IMG/VR virus record: IMGVR_UViG_3300035088_000014
Location: 5,389 to 69,388 of that record
Direction: 5' to 3' (one strand)
DNA: 64,000 nt
DNA from: a virus
Shown here: piece after piece, positions 19,601 through 29,768 of the stretch
Layout: each line of letters starts with the position of its first letter
How positions within the stretch are numbered: the first letter of the stretch is position 1
Translations under genes and position numbers: made by a program
The notes under the pieces: generated by a model
Database searches by the model: none
Seen by the model: the letters and a program-made list of their open reading frames with translations, nothing else
What the model was told of the DNA's origin: nothing

Positions 19601-20881
19601 TTGCCACAACTGACATCTACTACTTCCGCTGCACTGCAGCTCGAAGACGTCAATGACGTAATCCCTGTACTCGTTGAGCTCTCGAACAAGCTCGACGCTC
19701 GTATTAAAGACAACGGTCGCGCGACCCAAGTCTCCACCAAAAGCTACCGCGTTCGCATCCAGACCGCCGACGTGGGCGACGTTGCGAAGTTCAACCTTGA
19801 AGGCGGCACCCTGCCGACCGGCGGATCTTCGACCTGGGACCAGTTCCTGGTCACTCCTCTGGCCTTCGTGAAGCCGATCGAATACACCCGCTTGGCTGAT
19901 CTGACCGGCGACCCGAAATCGGTTGCCAGCGAGAACCCGGTATCGAAAACGATTGCCGATTGCGTCAAGGGCATCCAGGTCCAGCGCGACATGTTCCTGC
20001 AGACCGCAGGCGACGGCAAAATCGGCCAGGTCCTCTCGACCTATGCCGGCGGCGGCGCCAACCCGATCACTCTTGAGCCTTCACCCTGGGGCGCGCGTCT
20101 GATGCGGCGCGGCCAGAAAATCCAGGTCATGACGAACGCTTTCGCGCTCCGTGCGACTGCGGTCATCACCAACGTCGTGAAGACTCTGGGCGCAACCCAG
20201 TCCATCACGGTTGACGTGGTTCCTGCAGGCACGGTCGCTGGAGACTTCATTGTCCTGGCCGGCATTGCCGCTGGCGGCGCTGATCCGTTCATCAACGGTC
20301 TGCCGGTATTCCACTCGACCTCGACGGCTGGCACTCTGCTCGGCATTTCCCGCGCCAACAACTACGTTGTGGCGAACGGCGTGAACGCCAACGGCGCGCA
20401 GATCACTCTGCCTGTCCTGCGGCTGGCCATGAACCAGGTGCTGGTTGAACTGGGCGACGAAGCGCTGAAAGACCAGCTCTTCCACACTCACCCTTCGCAG
20501 TTGGCCGCGTATGAGGAACTGGGCTTCAAAATCCAGACGATGTACTCGGACTCCGGAAAGTTCAACGACAAGGGCTTCGACGGAATGCTCAATGCCCGCA
20601 AGATGACGATTGACGGGTACGAGATCATCTCGAACCTGCATGCCGACAACCAGGCGTGGCACTTCACCAACGTGAAGAGCTGGGGCAAAGTGAAATGGGG
20701 CCAGGGAACATTCTGGTTCAAGAACCGCGGCGGTCAGACTGTGTTCCAGCAGTACGACACGGCCACCGGCACCCCGAAGGCAGTCGAGAACAGCTACCTT
20801 GTGGACTGCCTGCAAACGTACGTCGATAACCCGAAGCTGTTGTCTTCGGTCACTGGCTGCAAGCTGCCTACTGGCAACTAG
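19601..20881 (+). CDS. Major capsid protein
   Basis: 426 aa, strong codon bias, GAGG RBS with TTG start, after scaffold and before a terminator. Confidence 0.85.
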   Translation: MPQLTSTTSAALQLEDVNDVIPVLVELSNKLDARIKDNGRATQVSTKSYRVRIQTADVGDVAKFNLEGGTLPTGGSSTWDQFLVTPLAFVKPIEYTRLADLTGDPKSVASENPVSKTIADCVKGIQVQRDMFLQTAGDGKIGQVLSTYAGGGANPITLEPSPWGARLMRRGQKIQVMTNAFALRATAVITNVVKTLGATQSITVDVVPAGTVAGDFIVLAGIAAGGADPFINGLPVFHSTSTAGTLLGISRANNYVVANGVNANGAQITLPVLRLAMNQVLVELGDEALKDQLFHTHPSQLAAYEELGFKIQTMYSDSGKFNDKGFDGMLNARKMTIDGYEIISNLHADNQAWHFTNVKSWGKVKWGQGTFWFKNRGGQTVFQQYDTATGTPKAVENSYLVDCLQTYVDNPKLLSSVTGCKLPTGN

Positions 20882-20939
20882 TTAGCCTGATATTGCTTGA
20901 GAGGTTAACCGACCCGAAGGCAATGTCAACAACCCAAAT

Positions 20940-20973
20940 GGGCCGCTCTGAAATATGGGCGGCCCTTTTATTT
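20940..20973 (+). terminator. Capsid gene terminator; its T-tract is the IS target
   Basis: GGGCCGCTC-TGAAATAT-GGGCGGCCC-TTTTATTT. Confidence 0.8.
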
Positions 20974-21004
20974 GGGATTTATATACATAACTCCCTAAGT
21001 ACTT

Positions 21005-21277
21005 TCATTGCGCTTCTTTGGCGCTAATTTCAATGTCGGCATAAGCATTTGTGCCGCCACGAGTGATAGTGAAGCCATACTTGAGACAATCCGACATTCG
21101 ACTCCAAGAACAAAGGCTGCGCCTATTGGACGTAAATCCACCCCACAGTGCGCAGCCCCATAGTCGGGAATATGCTGGATTCTGCACCCATAATTCTTCG
21201 GGAATCACTGGAACACCTAACTCCCTCGATAACATGGCAGCCAGTTTGATGCGTACACGGCCTACCTCGCGGCTCAT
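21005..21277 (-). CDS. IS passenger hypothetical protein
   Basis: 3' part of ORF 21005-21370, probable start MSREVGR; ends just inside the TIR. Confidence 0.5.
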   Translation of the reverse strand: MSREVGRVRIKLAAMLSRELGVPVIPEELWVQNPAYSRLWGCALWGGFTSNRRSLCSWSRMSDCLKYGFTITRGGTNAYADIEISAKEAQ

Positions 21278-21278
21278 G

Positions 21279-21530
21279 TCAGGCAGCATCCGCATAGGCG
21301 AGTTCCATGAGTTGCAGGTAGCATGCGCGCATGACTCGCTTCGAGACAATGAAGTACTGATGGCCGCCACACCCGAACAACTCGTAATGGCCGCTTACGA
21401 TCTTCTTTGGCCGGGCATCAGTGCAGCCGCGAAACTGAGCATCCCTAACTGCAAGGCGGTAACTTGCGTGAACGGTGGCCTCATCATCGCTCGGTTGAAA
21501 AACAAACCAATCAGTTTCCGGTTTTCTCAC
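21279..21530 (-). CDS. IS passenger hypothetical protein
   Basis: 83 aa, tiles between neighbours. Confidence 0.4.
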   Translation of the reverse strand: MRKPETDWFVFQPSDDEATVHASYRLAVRDAQFRGCTDARPKKIVSGHYELFGCGGHQYFIVSKRVMRACYLQLMELAYADAA

Positions 21531-21642
21531 GTCTCGCCTTCGCTTTCTTCCGCTTACGCGGCTTTGGTTGTTTTGACTTTGGCCGATAATTCAGAACCAC
21601 ATTGGCAATCGCATCTAGTTCTTTTGGTGGCTGTTTCTTCAT
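21511..21642 (-). CDS. 43-aa basic protein coupled to the transposase
   Basis: MKKQPPKELDAIANVVLNYRPKSKQPKPRKRKK...; ATGA overlap with transposase stop. Confidence 0.6.
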   Translation of the reverse strand: MKKQPPKELDAIANVVLNYRPKSKQPKPRKRKKAKARREKTGN

Positions 21643-22559
21643 GCGGTCAACCTTTCGTAAGTCAGCCGCTTCCCGCTGATGGCTCCAACCATGCTGTCCA
21701 GCCGCTCGGTTGTGTGGTTTTTTACGTTGCCCTCATTCAGCCGCCATGCAAACTCATCGGTGTAGCGGCCAACGTGCTTGGGGCTGATGTGATGGAACGT
21801 GCCATAGACTCCCCGCTTGAGCACAGCCCAAACGGATTCAATGCTGTTAGTGGTAGCCACTCCACGCGAGTACTCGCCAGCGGAATGATTGACGGATTCA
21901 TGCTTGAAAAACAGGCCGTCAAGATCAGAGAACACAATGCCATCATCGGTATAGAGTTGCGTCCCAAGTTCGATGTTGTTGTGGATGTGGGCTGTGACGG
22001 CTTGCATGGTGCGCTCATTCATCGGGGCAAGGATGGTGCGACCGTCACGTTCCCGCATTCCAAGCACAGCAGTTTTGCCGACAGCCCCGCGACCAGCTTT
22101 CAGCTTTTTGTGCTCATGCTTGTTCCGTTCCTTGCCGCCGATGAAACACTCGTCAAGTTCCACGATGCCTTTCAACTTTGTGAGTTTCCGACCGCCGCAA
22201 GCCTCACGTATCCGATGGAGAACGAACCACGCGCTCTTTTGCGTGATACCGATTTCCTTCGCCAATTGCATCGAACTGATGCCCTTGCGAGCAGTAACGA
22301 GCAGGTACATGGCATACAGCCACTTGTGAAGCGGAACATGGGAACGCTCAAAGATGGTTCCCGTTCTGATGGTGAAGTCGATCTGGCAGGCATTGCAGCG
22401 ATAGAAGCCGCCCTTGCGGGTAGTGATTCTTTCGCTGGCCTTGCAAGCCGGACAGACAGCACCATCGGGCCAAAGCCGCGATTCCAGATAGAGCCTTGCG
22501 GACTCCGCATCGGGAAACATCTGGAACAATTGGAACGTGCTGATTGTGGAACGGCTCAT
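21639..22559 (-). CDS. IS1595-family DDE transposase
   Basis: Zn ribbon CPAC..CNAC, HTH (ISSMQLAKEIGITQKSAW), VELDE, YTDD, VNHS, NSIESVW. Confidence 0.95.
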   Translation of the reverse strand: MSRSTISTFQLFQMFPDAESARLYLESRLWPDGAVCPACKASERITTRKGGFYRCNACQIDFTIRTGTIFERSHVPLHKWLYAMYLLVTARKGISSMQLAKEIGITQKSAWFVLHRIREACGGRKLTKLKGIVELDECFIGGKERNKHEHKKLKAGRGAVGKTAVLGMRERDGRTILAPMNERTMQAVTAHIHNNIELGTQLYTDDGIVFSDLDGLFFKHESVNHSAGEYSRGVATTNSIESVWAVLKRGVYGTFHHISPKHVGRYTDEFAWRLNEGNVKNHTTERLDSMVGAISGKRLTYERLTA

Positions 22560-22751
22560 TTAGGCGACCTCTACCGAACGCCCGTTGTTATCACGAAGGC
22601 CAGCACCTTCAAACTGGCGTTCTTCACAACGCTCACAGAGTTCGCGATCCGTTGCGGGGCAGCTGTAGTAATTGCCGTCATGGGCGCGATTTTCACAGGT
22701 GTAAACATGGCCGCAAGATGCAAGATGTGTATGTATCATAATTTCCTCCAT
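22560..22751 (-). CDS. IS passenger, small Cys-rich protein
   Basis: CGH..C..C..CERC; abuts transposase start. Confidence 0.5.
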   Translation of the reverse strand: MEEIMIHTHLASCGHVYTCENRAHDGNYYSCPATDRELCERCEERQFEGAGLRDNNGRSVEVA

Positions 22752-22832
22752 GTCTTAAATGTACTTGACTCCCGCACTATTGTCAAGGGATTTAAGTATA
22801 TAATTCCCTTTTATTTGAAGTGAGGTTTTGAA

Positions 22833-23531
22833 GTGAGAGACGACATCAAAGGCGCAGTGCGCGCACCGGAAACGATTCAGGATTTTCTTGAGAACTACGG
22901 CGGCAGAACGCCCAACGGCGAACCGATGTGGCGACTGGTGCTTTGCTCAAGCGTCTTCTGGAAGCTGGCCGGTGACTTCAAGATTTGGGATGAACGTGTA
23001 CCACTGGTAGAGCGCGGCGGTATCGACATGTGGCACGGTGGCAAGCAGTTTGATACGCGTCCAATCCGCGTCGAGTCCGGCATGGTGGAGCGGAGAAAGT
23101 ATCCCCATATCGAAGGCTGGATTTTACAGAAGTGGTTTCCATCGAGTTTCTACTCGAAAGCTTTCTGGGAAGCGCCGGAAAACGCGATGTTTGACGGTAC
23201 GCCCAAACTTGGACCGTGGCCGGCGCGCGGTGATTACGAACTGATGTCGGGCCCATACGAGCGTGTTCCGACGACCGACAAACTGCGCGATGAAATCGCG
23301 GAGTATCACAACAGAATTGAAACCGCGCCAGCATCGATTGAGCAGAGGACGCTCTTGGCGCTGGCAGCGGCACAGGAAGAAGAAGATCAGTACGCGGCGA
23401 GACTGGATGCAAAGCTTGATGCATTCATTCGCGACCGGTCAACCTACATCAAGAGTTCATCGCTTGCAGCCGGAAGGATCAGGACTGAGTTGGCCAAGCG
23501 CTGCGGTATCACCGAGCACGTCGGCGCTTAA
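22833..23531 (+). CDS. Conserved hypothetical phage protein
   Basis: GAGG RBS; 232 aa. Confidence 0.75.
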   Translation: MRDDIKGAVRAPETIQDFLENYGGRTPNGEPMWRLVLCSSVFWKLAGDFKIWDERVPLVERGGIDMWHGGKQFDTRPIRVESGMVERRKYPHIEGWILQKWFPSSFYSKAFWEAPENAMFDGTPKLGPWPARGDYELMSGPYERVPTTDKLRDEIAEYHNRIETAPASIEQRTLLALAAAQEEEDQYAARLDAKLDAFIRDRSTYIKSSSLAAGRIRTELAKRCGITEHVGA

Positions 23532-23710
23532 CCCCTGGCTACTTCGCCAGCTTTTTCACGTCTCTCGCCTTCTGTTAGATCGCGACGAAATCGCGCTAGT
23601 TGCTCTTTTGCGAATGCCAGAGTGCAGCGTCCCGAGATAAGGCGTAAACGCAGATTTCTATACGTCTTTTCGTAGAACTCTTTCTCTCCGACAGTCAGAG
23701 CAATCGCCAT
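23528..23710 (-). CDS. Small antisense protein
   Basis: 60 aa filling the gap; TG-C-TAAAAT upstream. Confidence 0.5.
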   Translation of the reverse strand: MAIALTVGEKEFYEKTYRNLRLRLISGRCTLAFAKEQLARFRRDLTEGERREKAGEVARG

Positions 23711-23766
23711 GGCGAACCTATTTTAGCAGTACCCAGCACCATCACCCCACAAGAAAAGAGAGCAGT

Positions 23767-24759
23767 ATGTCCAACGAATACGTTCAAGGATCAGAAGTAT
23801 CAACCGCAGCCGCAGCAGCCATTGAGAAGCTGAACATTCAACCGCCCACAGATCAGGACTTCGAGCGCGAAGCCCAGCGCCAGCGCGCCACGATGGGCAA
23901 AGCCTTTGACGAAGTTTTCACAGCAGCCAATGGCGACGAAGCCACCAAGCGCCTACTGAAGAGCCAGAACGAAGAGATCAACAAGATGAAGCGTATCGGC
24001 TTCCGTCCGGTAACGATCATCAACCTGCTTCCGTTCAAGTTGCAGATCAATGGCGTTCTGCACTCACGGTACAACACCGTGGTTCCCCCGGCACCGCCAG
24101 AGCCACAGAAAAAGGGCGGCATCCCCTACGGTCGGCGCGTGCTCGACAGAATCTACTTTGACCACAAAGACCTTGGCTCCGACATGCAGGGCATCGACCA
24201 GTTCATTGCCGTGCCGTGGCTGCCGATTGAACTGGCACAGGATTTCGACCGCGAATACAACGAAATTCAAGGCACCGGAGCGGTCTTCTTCTACGAGGGC
24301 GACAACGTTCCGGAATCAAGCCCGGTACTGGCCCACCAGCTCAAAGAAGCGCAGAAGAGCCTCTTTAAGTGGTGCGAGAAACGCTGCCAGGAAGCGGATC
24401 TGGAATTCGCCAACGACGAATCGCGCAAGAACATCACCGAGACGCACCGCGAAGCATGGCGCATCTTGAACCGCGCTGCCGTGGTGAAAGACGACGAAAA
24501 ACCGGCGTGGCTGCACTCCATCTCGACTGGCCGCGTGGCTCCTGAACTTTGCCCCGGTTGCGACAAGCCAAAAGCGGGCGCGGTGTGCGTGAACTGCGGC
24601 AACGTCTTCAAGCCGCTGATTGCCTACCGCGAAGGCATGATCGAATTCGGCCATGTCAGCTTCCAGAAGATGACCGACGAAGAATTCAAGGAAGCACAGA
24701 AACTTCAACAGACGCGCGCGAAGCGCACTGCCCAGATGACCACGAAGGCCGGTAGCTAA
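23767..24759 (+). CDS. Hypothetical protein with C-terminal zinc ribbon
   Basis: CPGC...CVNCG. Confidence 0.75.
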   Translation: MSNEYVQGSEVSTAAAAAIEKLNIQPPTDQDFEREAQRQRATMGKAFDEVFTAANGDEATKRLLKSQNEEINKMKRIGFRPVTIINLLPFKLQINGVLHSRYNTVVPPAPPEPQKKGGIPYGRRVLDRIYFDHKDLGSDMQGIDQFIAVPWLPIELAQDFDREYNEIQGTGAVFFYEGDNVPESSPVLAHQLKEAQKSLFKWCEKRCQEADLEFANDESRKNITETHREAWRILNRAAVVKDDEKPAWLHSISTGRVAPELCPGCDKPKAGAVCVNCGNVFKPLIAYREGMIEFGHVSFQKMTDEEFKEAQKLQQTRAKRTAQMTTKAGS

Positions 24760-24767
24760 AAGCATCC

Positions 24768-25457
24768 ATGCTCTATTCCGATCTGAAAGCACGAATCCGC
24801 GACCTGGTTGACGATGCCGGTGCAGAGTTTGCTACCGACGACTATCTCCAAAGCAAAATTGCCATCGCCTACGACGATCTCTACAACAAGCTGCGCATGA
24901 CCGGTGCGCAGTTTGATGAATCAGTCGTGGAACTGATTAACGTGCCGGTCGGTACGTCAGACCTCGGCGCGTACTTTGCTTCCGGCAAGGAACTGGAGTT
25001 GCTGTTGAATCCGTCGATTGACGGTTTTGACTGGAAACTTACCGGGCTCGATCCAGTGAACTACCGCACGGCTCGGCTTGTGAGCAAGGTACCGGATGTA
25101 CAGGCGGGCCAGTTCATCACGTCATTCGAGTGGAGAAAAGGAAATCTTTACTTCACTCCGATTACGTCAGCGGTGGACATTCGCATTCGCGGCGAGTTCC
25201 TGTTCTCGGCATTGAAGGTAGATGCCGACCCGATTCAGGCCGGTATCAATGTCGGAAACGTGATCGCGTACTGGACAGCAGCATTGATAGGAATAGTGCG
25301 CGGTAATCCGCAGTGGGAAAAGAGCTATCAGTTCAAAGGCGATTCCGCGTTTGATGACATTGCCATCATGTTGACCAAGGCAGACCAGGCCAAGGTGCAG
25401 CGTGTCGGCAGAACGTCACGGCGCAGGTCGCGAAATCGGGGTTACATCATCCGGTAG
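24768..25457 (+). CDS. Putative head-tail adaptor (tail tubular A-like)
   Basis: 229 aa, LKARIRDLVDD N-terminal helix, position. Confidence 0.65.
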   Translation: MLYSDLKARIRDLVDDAGAEFATDDYLQSKIAIAYDDLYNKLRMTGAQFDESVVELINVPVGTSDLGAYFASGKELELLLNPSIDGFDWKLTGLDPVNYRTARLVSKVPDVQAGQFITSFEWRKGNLYFTPITSAVDIRIRGEFLFSALKVDADPIQAGINVGNVIAYWTAALIGIVRGNPQWEKSYQFKGDSAFDDIAIMLTKADQAKVQRVGRTSRRRSRNRGYIIR

Positions 25458-25487
25458 TTTCACCGCAACAATTTCACAAGCACGACA

Positions 25488-25510
25488 CCCGCCCGCGAGC
25501 GGGATTTTTT
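25488..25510 (+). terminator. Probable intrinsic terminator
   Basis: CCCGC-CCGCGA-GCGGG-ATTTTTT. Confidence 0.55.
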
Positions 25511-25542
25511 ACGCCCCTAAAGCGGGCAGGAGAAAACACACC

Positions 25543-25923
25543 ATGCCAAATACAATGGCTCTGCAACAGGTGCAGACCGGCAACAACGTTGACACCTATG
25601 TCTACAAAGTCACCCTGAGCGGTTCCTACGTTCAGGCCGTCCGTGGCGCGAATACCGGCGAGAAGCTTCTGCCGTTTTCAGCATCCAACCCGAACTTTAT
25701 TCCGAAGGCATTCCCCGGCAACAAGGGATTCTTGCGTGCGTACCCGCTCCAGGGCCCCGGGGGCTTCGGTTGCTCCATCATCCCTGGCGCTGACATTTTT
25801 ACGTGGCTCCTGAAGATGTTCGGCACCACGCCCGGTACCGAGCTTGCCGCTGGCGCTTACGCTGCTGGCGTCACCGGCGATTTGGACTTCTACATTGCGT
25901 TCGAGTCTGATCCCGCGAACTAA
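25543..25923 (+). CDS. Putative small virion protein
   Basis: AGGAG RBS before ATG 25543; capsid-like codon bias. Confidence 0.65.
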   Translation: MPNTMALQQVQTGNNVDTYVYKVTLSGSYVQAVRGANTGEKLLPFSASNPNFIPKAFPGNKGFLRAYPLQGPGGFGCSIIPGADIFTWLLKMFGTTPGTELAAGAYAAGVTGDLDFYIAFESDPAN

Positions 25924-25929
25924 ATCTCC

Positions 25930-28575
25930 TTGGCTAACTTCACCGGATTTGCTCCACACCCCATCGACAAATTCTCAAGCATGCAGGAGCAGTCAGATAT
26001 TGACAACCTGCCTCTTGGAGTTGCCGCTGTAGCGCGTAACGTCACCTATCGCTTGACAGGTGTGCGTACACGCTGGGGTATCGGGCAGACGCTCGGTAAC
26101 GTGGCCGTGGGATTTAACACCGGAACCGGGAAGCCGGTCACCGGACTGCAATCGTTCAAGTACAACGGCAACGGAGTCACCGCCGACAAGCAAGTTCCTT
26201 TGGTTTACGACCAGCAGGGCAACATGTTCATTGAAAGCCCTGCCGGTTCGGGAATACTTGTCCCGGTGACACCAGCCAAAAATTCTGACGGCAACAATCT
26301 GATTTCGCTTCCAGCAGGCTACCTGCAAGCGGCACAGACATTGAACCGTGGCTATCTTGCCTTCACCGATTTAACGAAGTCTACCGGCCTGCCAGCAGCT
26401 TACGACCTGAATACCGGGATACTCGATCCGGCCAGCATGAAGCTGTTCGGTTTCAAGTGGACGGCGGCAACTGCTGTTTCTGTCGGTGAGATCGTATCGC
26501 CAACCTCAGTTGCTGGAAACGGCCATCTCTACCGCTGCACCACGGCAGGAACTACAGACGGAGCAGAGCCAATCTGGCCGCTGACCGATTCTGGCACGAT
26601 CAACGACAACGGAGTTATCTGGACCGAGTACACTCCGGTTCTGGCACAGAGCCTGCAGAACGTTATCAACGTCGCACCGTCAATCGTCAAAAGCCCCGGC
26701 GGTGGAACCTTTGCCGCGGCGAGAGACGTTTACATTGCGCTGACGCTGCAGAACGGAAACGGCGAAACCCTTCTGGGAAACATATTCGTTTCCGTGAACA
26801 CGACGCTCAACGACCGGTTCGTGGTGAGCCCTCCAGTTCTTCCAGCCTGGGTCACGGCGCTTACCGGAGCAAACACACCGATAGCCTACAAGATTTATGA
26901 GGCTGACGTGCCAACCGGTAACGCGGCACCTGTAGCCTCAGCTTTCAAGCTGGCATCCAGTTCTCTTCTCGCCAATCCGTTCAACGTCGATACCACTGCT
27001 GGCGGTGCTGCACCGCCAGTTACCGACCTTTCATTCATTGTCCCGGCGGGAAACATCTGCGCGGGTCAGCGCTATGCGGTGACGCTCTTTGTGAACCGAA
27101 ACGGCTACATCACCGGAATGACGCAAGCTTCGGTTGTGGGTATCAACGTTGCGGCCAATGGATCACAGCTTTATATGGCGAATGTCGCCATCGGGCCGAA
27201 GAACACCGCACAGCGCATTGTGGCATTCGGTATCGCCGGTGGAACCAACGTCGGGCCATTCGCCTACATTCCAACGACCGATTCGGTCAACGGGATCCAG
27301 ATGACCTCGACAGTCATCAACGACAACACGACGACCACAGCGACGTTCAACTTCACCGACATCTACCTGACGCTACAGATGGCCACGACCACGAACGTGA
27401 CCGGCTTCTTCGACAAGATCCAGATTCCCAACTGTGTCGGCTGCTACTTCTCCCCAACTTTGAACCGGATGATCTGGTTCCCCGATGCGCTGCCTTCCGG
27501 CTTCTACATCTCGCCGGCACGTGATCCGGAGACCATCTTCGGCTCAACCGGCATCCTGCAGGTATCGGAAAACGACCGCGAGAAGCGCATGGGCTGGGTG
27601 GACTTTAAATCCGTCCAGTACGTGCTCAAAGAGAAGTCCGGGCATGAGGTCACCGTCAGTTCGGTCAATCCGTCTCAGTGGACTTCCCGGCGTAGGTGGA
27701 CTGGCATGGGGCCATGTGGCCTACGTGCTTTCGACGTTGGGCCCGATTTCATCGCCTTTGCTCACCGGTCAGGAGCCTACGTTTTTCGCGGCGACACACC
27801 GCAATGGGTTTCAAAAGAGCTCTCGATCACCTGGAAGCGCATCAACTGGGCTGCCGCTTCGACCATCTGGGTAACGATTGACGACGAGACGAAGGAAGTA
27901 AGATTCGGCGTGCCGCTCGGCCTGGCCACCGTACCGAGCCACATCCTGAAGCTCAATTACGAAGAGTCTCTGGAGATGGATCCGCCGGTACATTCATCAA
28001 TCTACAGTCGTGGAAAGTTCGTATCTTCAGCCGGCGCGCGCAAATGGTCGATCGACACGATCGCGGCCAACAGTTGCATAAGGGCCGAAAGGACACTGTT
28101 AAATCTACCAGTTGACGGCAGCTTCGATCAGCAGACCGGGCAGTCTCAAGTCCTGTTCGCATCCTCAAATCCTGATGGCGCGGTTGCCGGTGTGTTGCCA
28201 GGAGTTCTGGCCGACCTGACACCTACGGTAAGCGTAGGAATCGATTCAGTTTATGAAGGCGTACCGCCTGGAGAAGCGCTTAAGATTCTGCAGCTTGGCG
28301 GTGTCCAGGTGAACTGCGGCGGCTCGGGCGCAATCGGGATAAGCCTTCTCTCGCAAAACAACAAGGCCACAGCCGACGGCGGCAATAACACGCTGGCCAC
28401 CGAGAAGATACTGAAAGACCTCATCGCGCCGAATATCGCCTATGTGGCTCAAGCTTCAGGACAGGCCGAACGCTGGCGGTTAAGAGTTTCTAATAAAGGC
28501 GTACCGGGAGCTGGTTTTGACCTTAAATCGGCAATCATCTGGGCGCGCCCGCTGTTCCAGTCGAGAACCAAGTGA
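25930..28575 (+). CDS. Tail nozzle/stabilization protein (tail tubular B-like)
   Basis: 881 aa beta-rich, podovirus position; embedded WTAAT...YRCTTAGTT..EP.WP module. Confidence 0.7.
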   Translation: MANFTGFAPHPIDKFSSMQEQSDIDNLPLGVAAVARNVTYRLTGVRTRWGIGQTLGNVAVGFNTGTGKPVTGLQSFKYNGNGVTADKQVPLVYDQQGNMFIESPAGSGILVPVTPAKNSDGNNLISLPAGYLQAAQTLNRGYLAFTDLTKSTGLPAAYDLNTGILDPASMKLFGFKWTAATAVSVGEIVSPTSVAGNGHLYRCTTAGTTDGAEPIWPLTDSGTINDNGVIWTEYTPVLAQSLQNVINVAPSIVKSPGGGTFAAARDVYIALTLQNGNGETLLGNIFVSVNTTLNDRFVVSPPVLPAWVTALTGANTPIAYKIYEADVPTGNAAPVASAFKLASSSLLANPFNVDTTAGGAAPPVTDLSFIVPAGNICAGQRYAVTLFVNRNGYITGMTQASVVGINVAANGSQLYMANVAIGPKNTAQRIVAFGIAGGTNVGPFAYIPTTDSVNGIQMTSTVINDNTTTTATFNFTDIYLTLQMATTTNVTGFFDKIQIPNCVGCYFSPTLNRMIWFPDALPSGFYISPARDPETIFGSTGILQVSENDREKRMGWVDFKSVQYVLKEKSGHEVTVSSVNPSQWTSRRRWTGMGPCGLRAFDVGPDFIAFAHRSGAYVFRGDTPQWVSKELSITWKRINWAAASTIWVTIDDETKEVRFGVPLGLATVPSHILKLNYEESLEMDPPVHSSIYSRGKFVSSAGARKWSIDTIAANSCIRAERTLLNLPVDGSFDQQTGQSQVLFASSNPDGAVAGVLPGVLADLTPTVSVGIDSVYEGVPPGEALKILQLGGVQVNCGGSGAIGISLLSQNNKATADGGNNTLATEKILKDLIAPNIAYVAQASGQAERWRLRVSNKGVPGAGFDLKSAIIWARPLFQSRTK

Positions 28576-29510
28576 GCACCTTTACTGACTACGTAAATCA
28601 GTTGCCGCATGACACTCCAGAGGTCTTCCGTCGCATGCTCATCGATCTCGGTGGGATGGAAGACAGGATTTCAAGAATCCTGCCGGCCTACGGCAACGGT
28701 TTTGTGGACATGCCGCTGACCACATCGCCGACAAAGCCGTTCACCCCGCCGGCAGCAACTTTCACGGTGCTGGGCCTCGACGGCAAGTTCCAGATTACCG
28801 TCACACTGCCGCAGAACACCGTGGCGCCGAGTGTGGCCATGCGCCGGCAGTTGATCGTTGAAGACCAGAACTCGCTTCTGGCGCCGATGGTCCACCAGTT
28901 ACAGTCGGCCACCAGCATCAAGTTTGACGCGACCAGCGCGACTACGACTTACGATCTAGGCGCAAATCTGACCTTTGAGGTCCAGGACCCCAATCAGACG
29001 AAATTCTGGCGGCTGCGCAGTTCATTCGACGGGCAGGCATGGAATGCATGGCAGATTTTCATTTCTGCCGCGGTATGTGGGCCGGTTGCAGTTCAATCCG
29101 GATTTGAGCGGTCTACTTCGGTTGCTCCCCGGTCAGTACTCAATACCAACAATGCGACGGTGAATTCGGTCGATGCCGGTGCCAGCGCAACCATCCGGAT
29201 ATTCGGTGGTGGCGGTGTAGGCAGTTCCTACACGCGGTTCGACGGCCAGGGAAACCAGATCACGACGGCTGGCGCTTCGATTCTTGGCGCGGCTTATACG
29301 ACGCAGTACGCCGTGGTCTTAAACCAGTTGCTGGTGCATCTGGCCTTTCCGACGGCCACCCAGTACCTGCAGACGATCGCTGACGCCTACTTCTACATTG
29401 CCACGATGACCACGGTAGCGGCTGGTGGTGGTGGTGGCAGCACCGGTGGCGGTGGAACTGCTGGCGGCGGTACGACGGGCGGCGGAAACAACAAACTGCC
29501 GCAACTCTAA
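28572..29510 (+). CDS. Putative tail protein
   Basis: GTGA-coupled; Gly-rich C-terminus. Confidence 0.65.
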   Translation: MSTFTDYVNQLPHDTPEVFRRMLIDLGGMEDRISRILPAYGNGFVDMPLTTSPTKPFTPPAATFTVLGLDGKFQITVTLPQNTVAPSVAMRRQLIVEDQNSLLAPMVHQLQSATSIKFDATSATTTYDLGANLTFEVQDPNQTKFWRLRSSFDGQAWNAWQIFISAAVCGPVAVQSGFERSTSVAPRSVLNTNNATVNSVDAGASATIRIFGGGGVGSSYTRFDGQGNQITTAGASILGAAYTTQYAVVLNQLLVHLAFPTATQYLQTIADAYFYIATMTTVAAGGGGGSTGGGGTAGGGTTGGGNNKLPQL

Positions 29511-29737
29511 GAAATATGGCTTTGCTCGCGACGCCATCGGCAACGCCCAAGATGTTTTATCGGACGCCCGCAGCCGCATAGTGCTGGCATGTTCATGCCG
29601 CTGTTTTCTGCATAGCCTCGCCATTGGACGGCGGTTCGTTCGCACACTCCAGCGTATTTGGCGGCTTGACTGCGCGAATAGCCACGCTCAAATGCCTCAG
29701 CCAAGCGGAATATCTTCTCGTCGGGCAAGACGTACAT
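29507..29737 (-). CDS. Antisense HTH plus Zn-knuckle protein
   Basis: SRSQAAKYAGVCERTAVQW HTH; CGCG..H..C. Confidence 0.6.
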   Translation of the reverse strand: MYVLPDEKIFRLAEAFERGYSRSQAAKYAGVCERTAVQWRGYAENSGMNMPALCGCGRPIKHLGRCRWRREQSHIS

Positions 29738-29768
29738 ACAAACTGAAGTCAACTACACCGAACCCAAT

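Larger units (their letters stand above)
20974..22808 (-). mobile_element. IS1595-family insertion sequence with passenger ORFs (1835 bp)
   Basis: 23-bp TIRs GGGATTTATATACATAACTCCCT and GGGAATTATATACTTAAATCCCT (20/23); 8-bp TSD TTTTATTT at 20966-20973 and 22809-22816. Confidence 0.93.

Noticed and set aside
18021-20815. Long minus-strand ORFs over scaffold and capsid
   Set aside because: Shadow frames of strongly biased genes with no motifs
21051-22823. 590-aa plus-strand ORF spanning the IS
   Set aside because: Codon-aligned mirror of the transposase and two passengers; such frames stay open when TTA/CTA/TCA are rare; no motifs, and it runs out through the TIR
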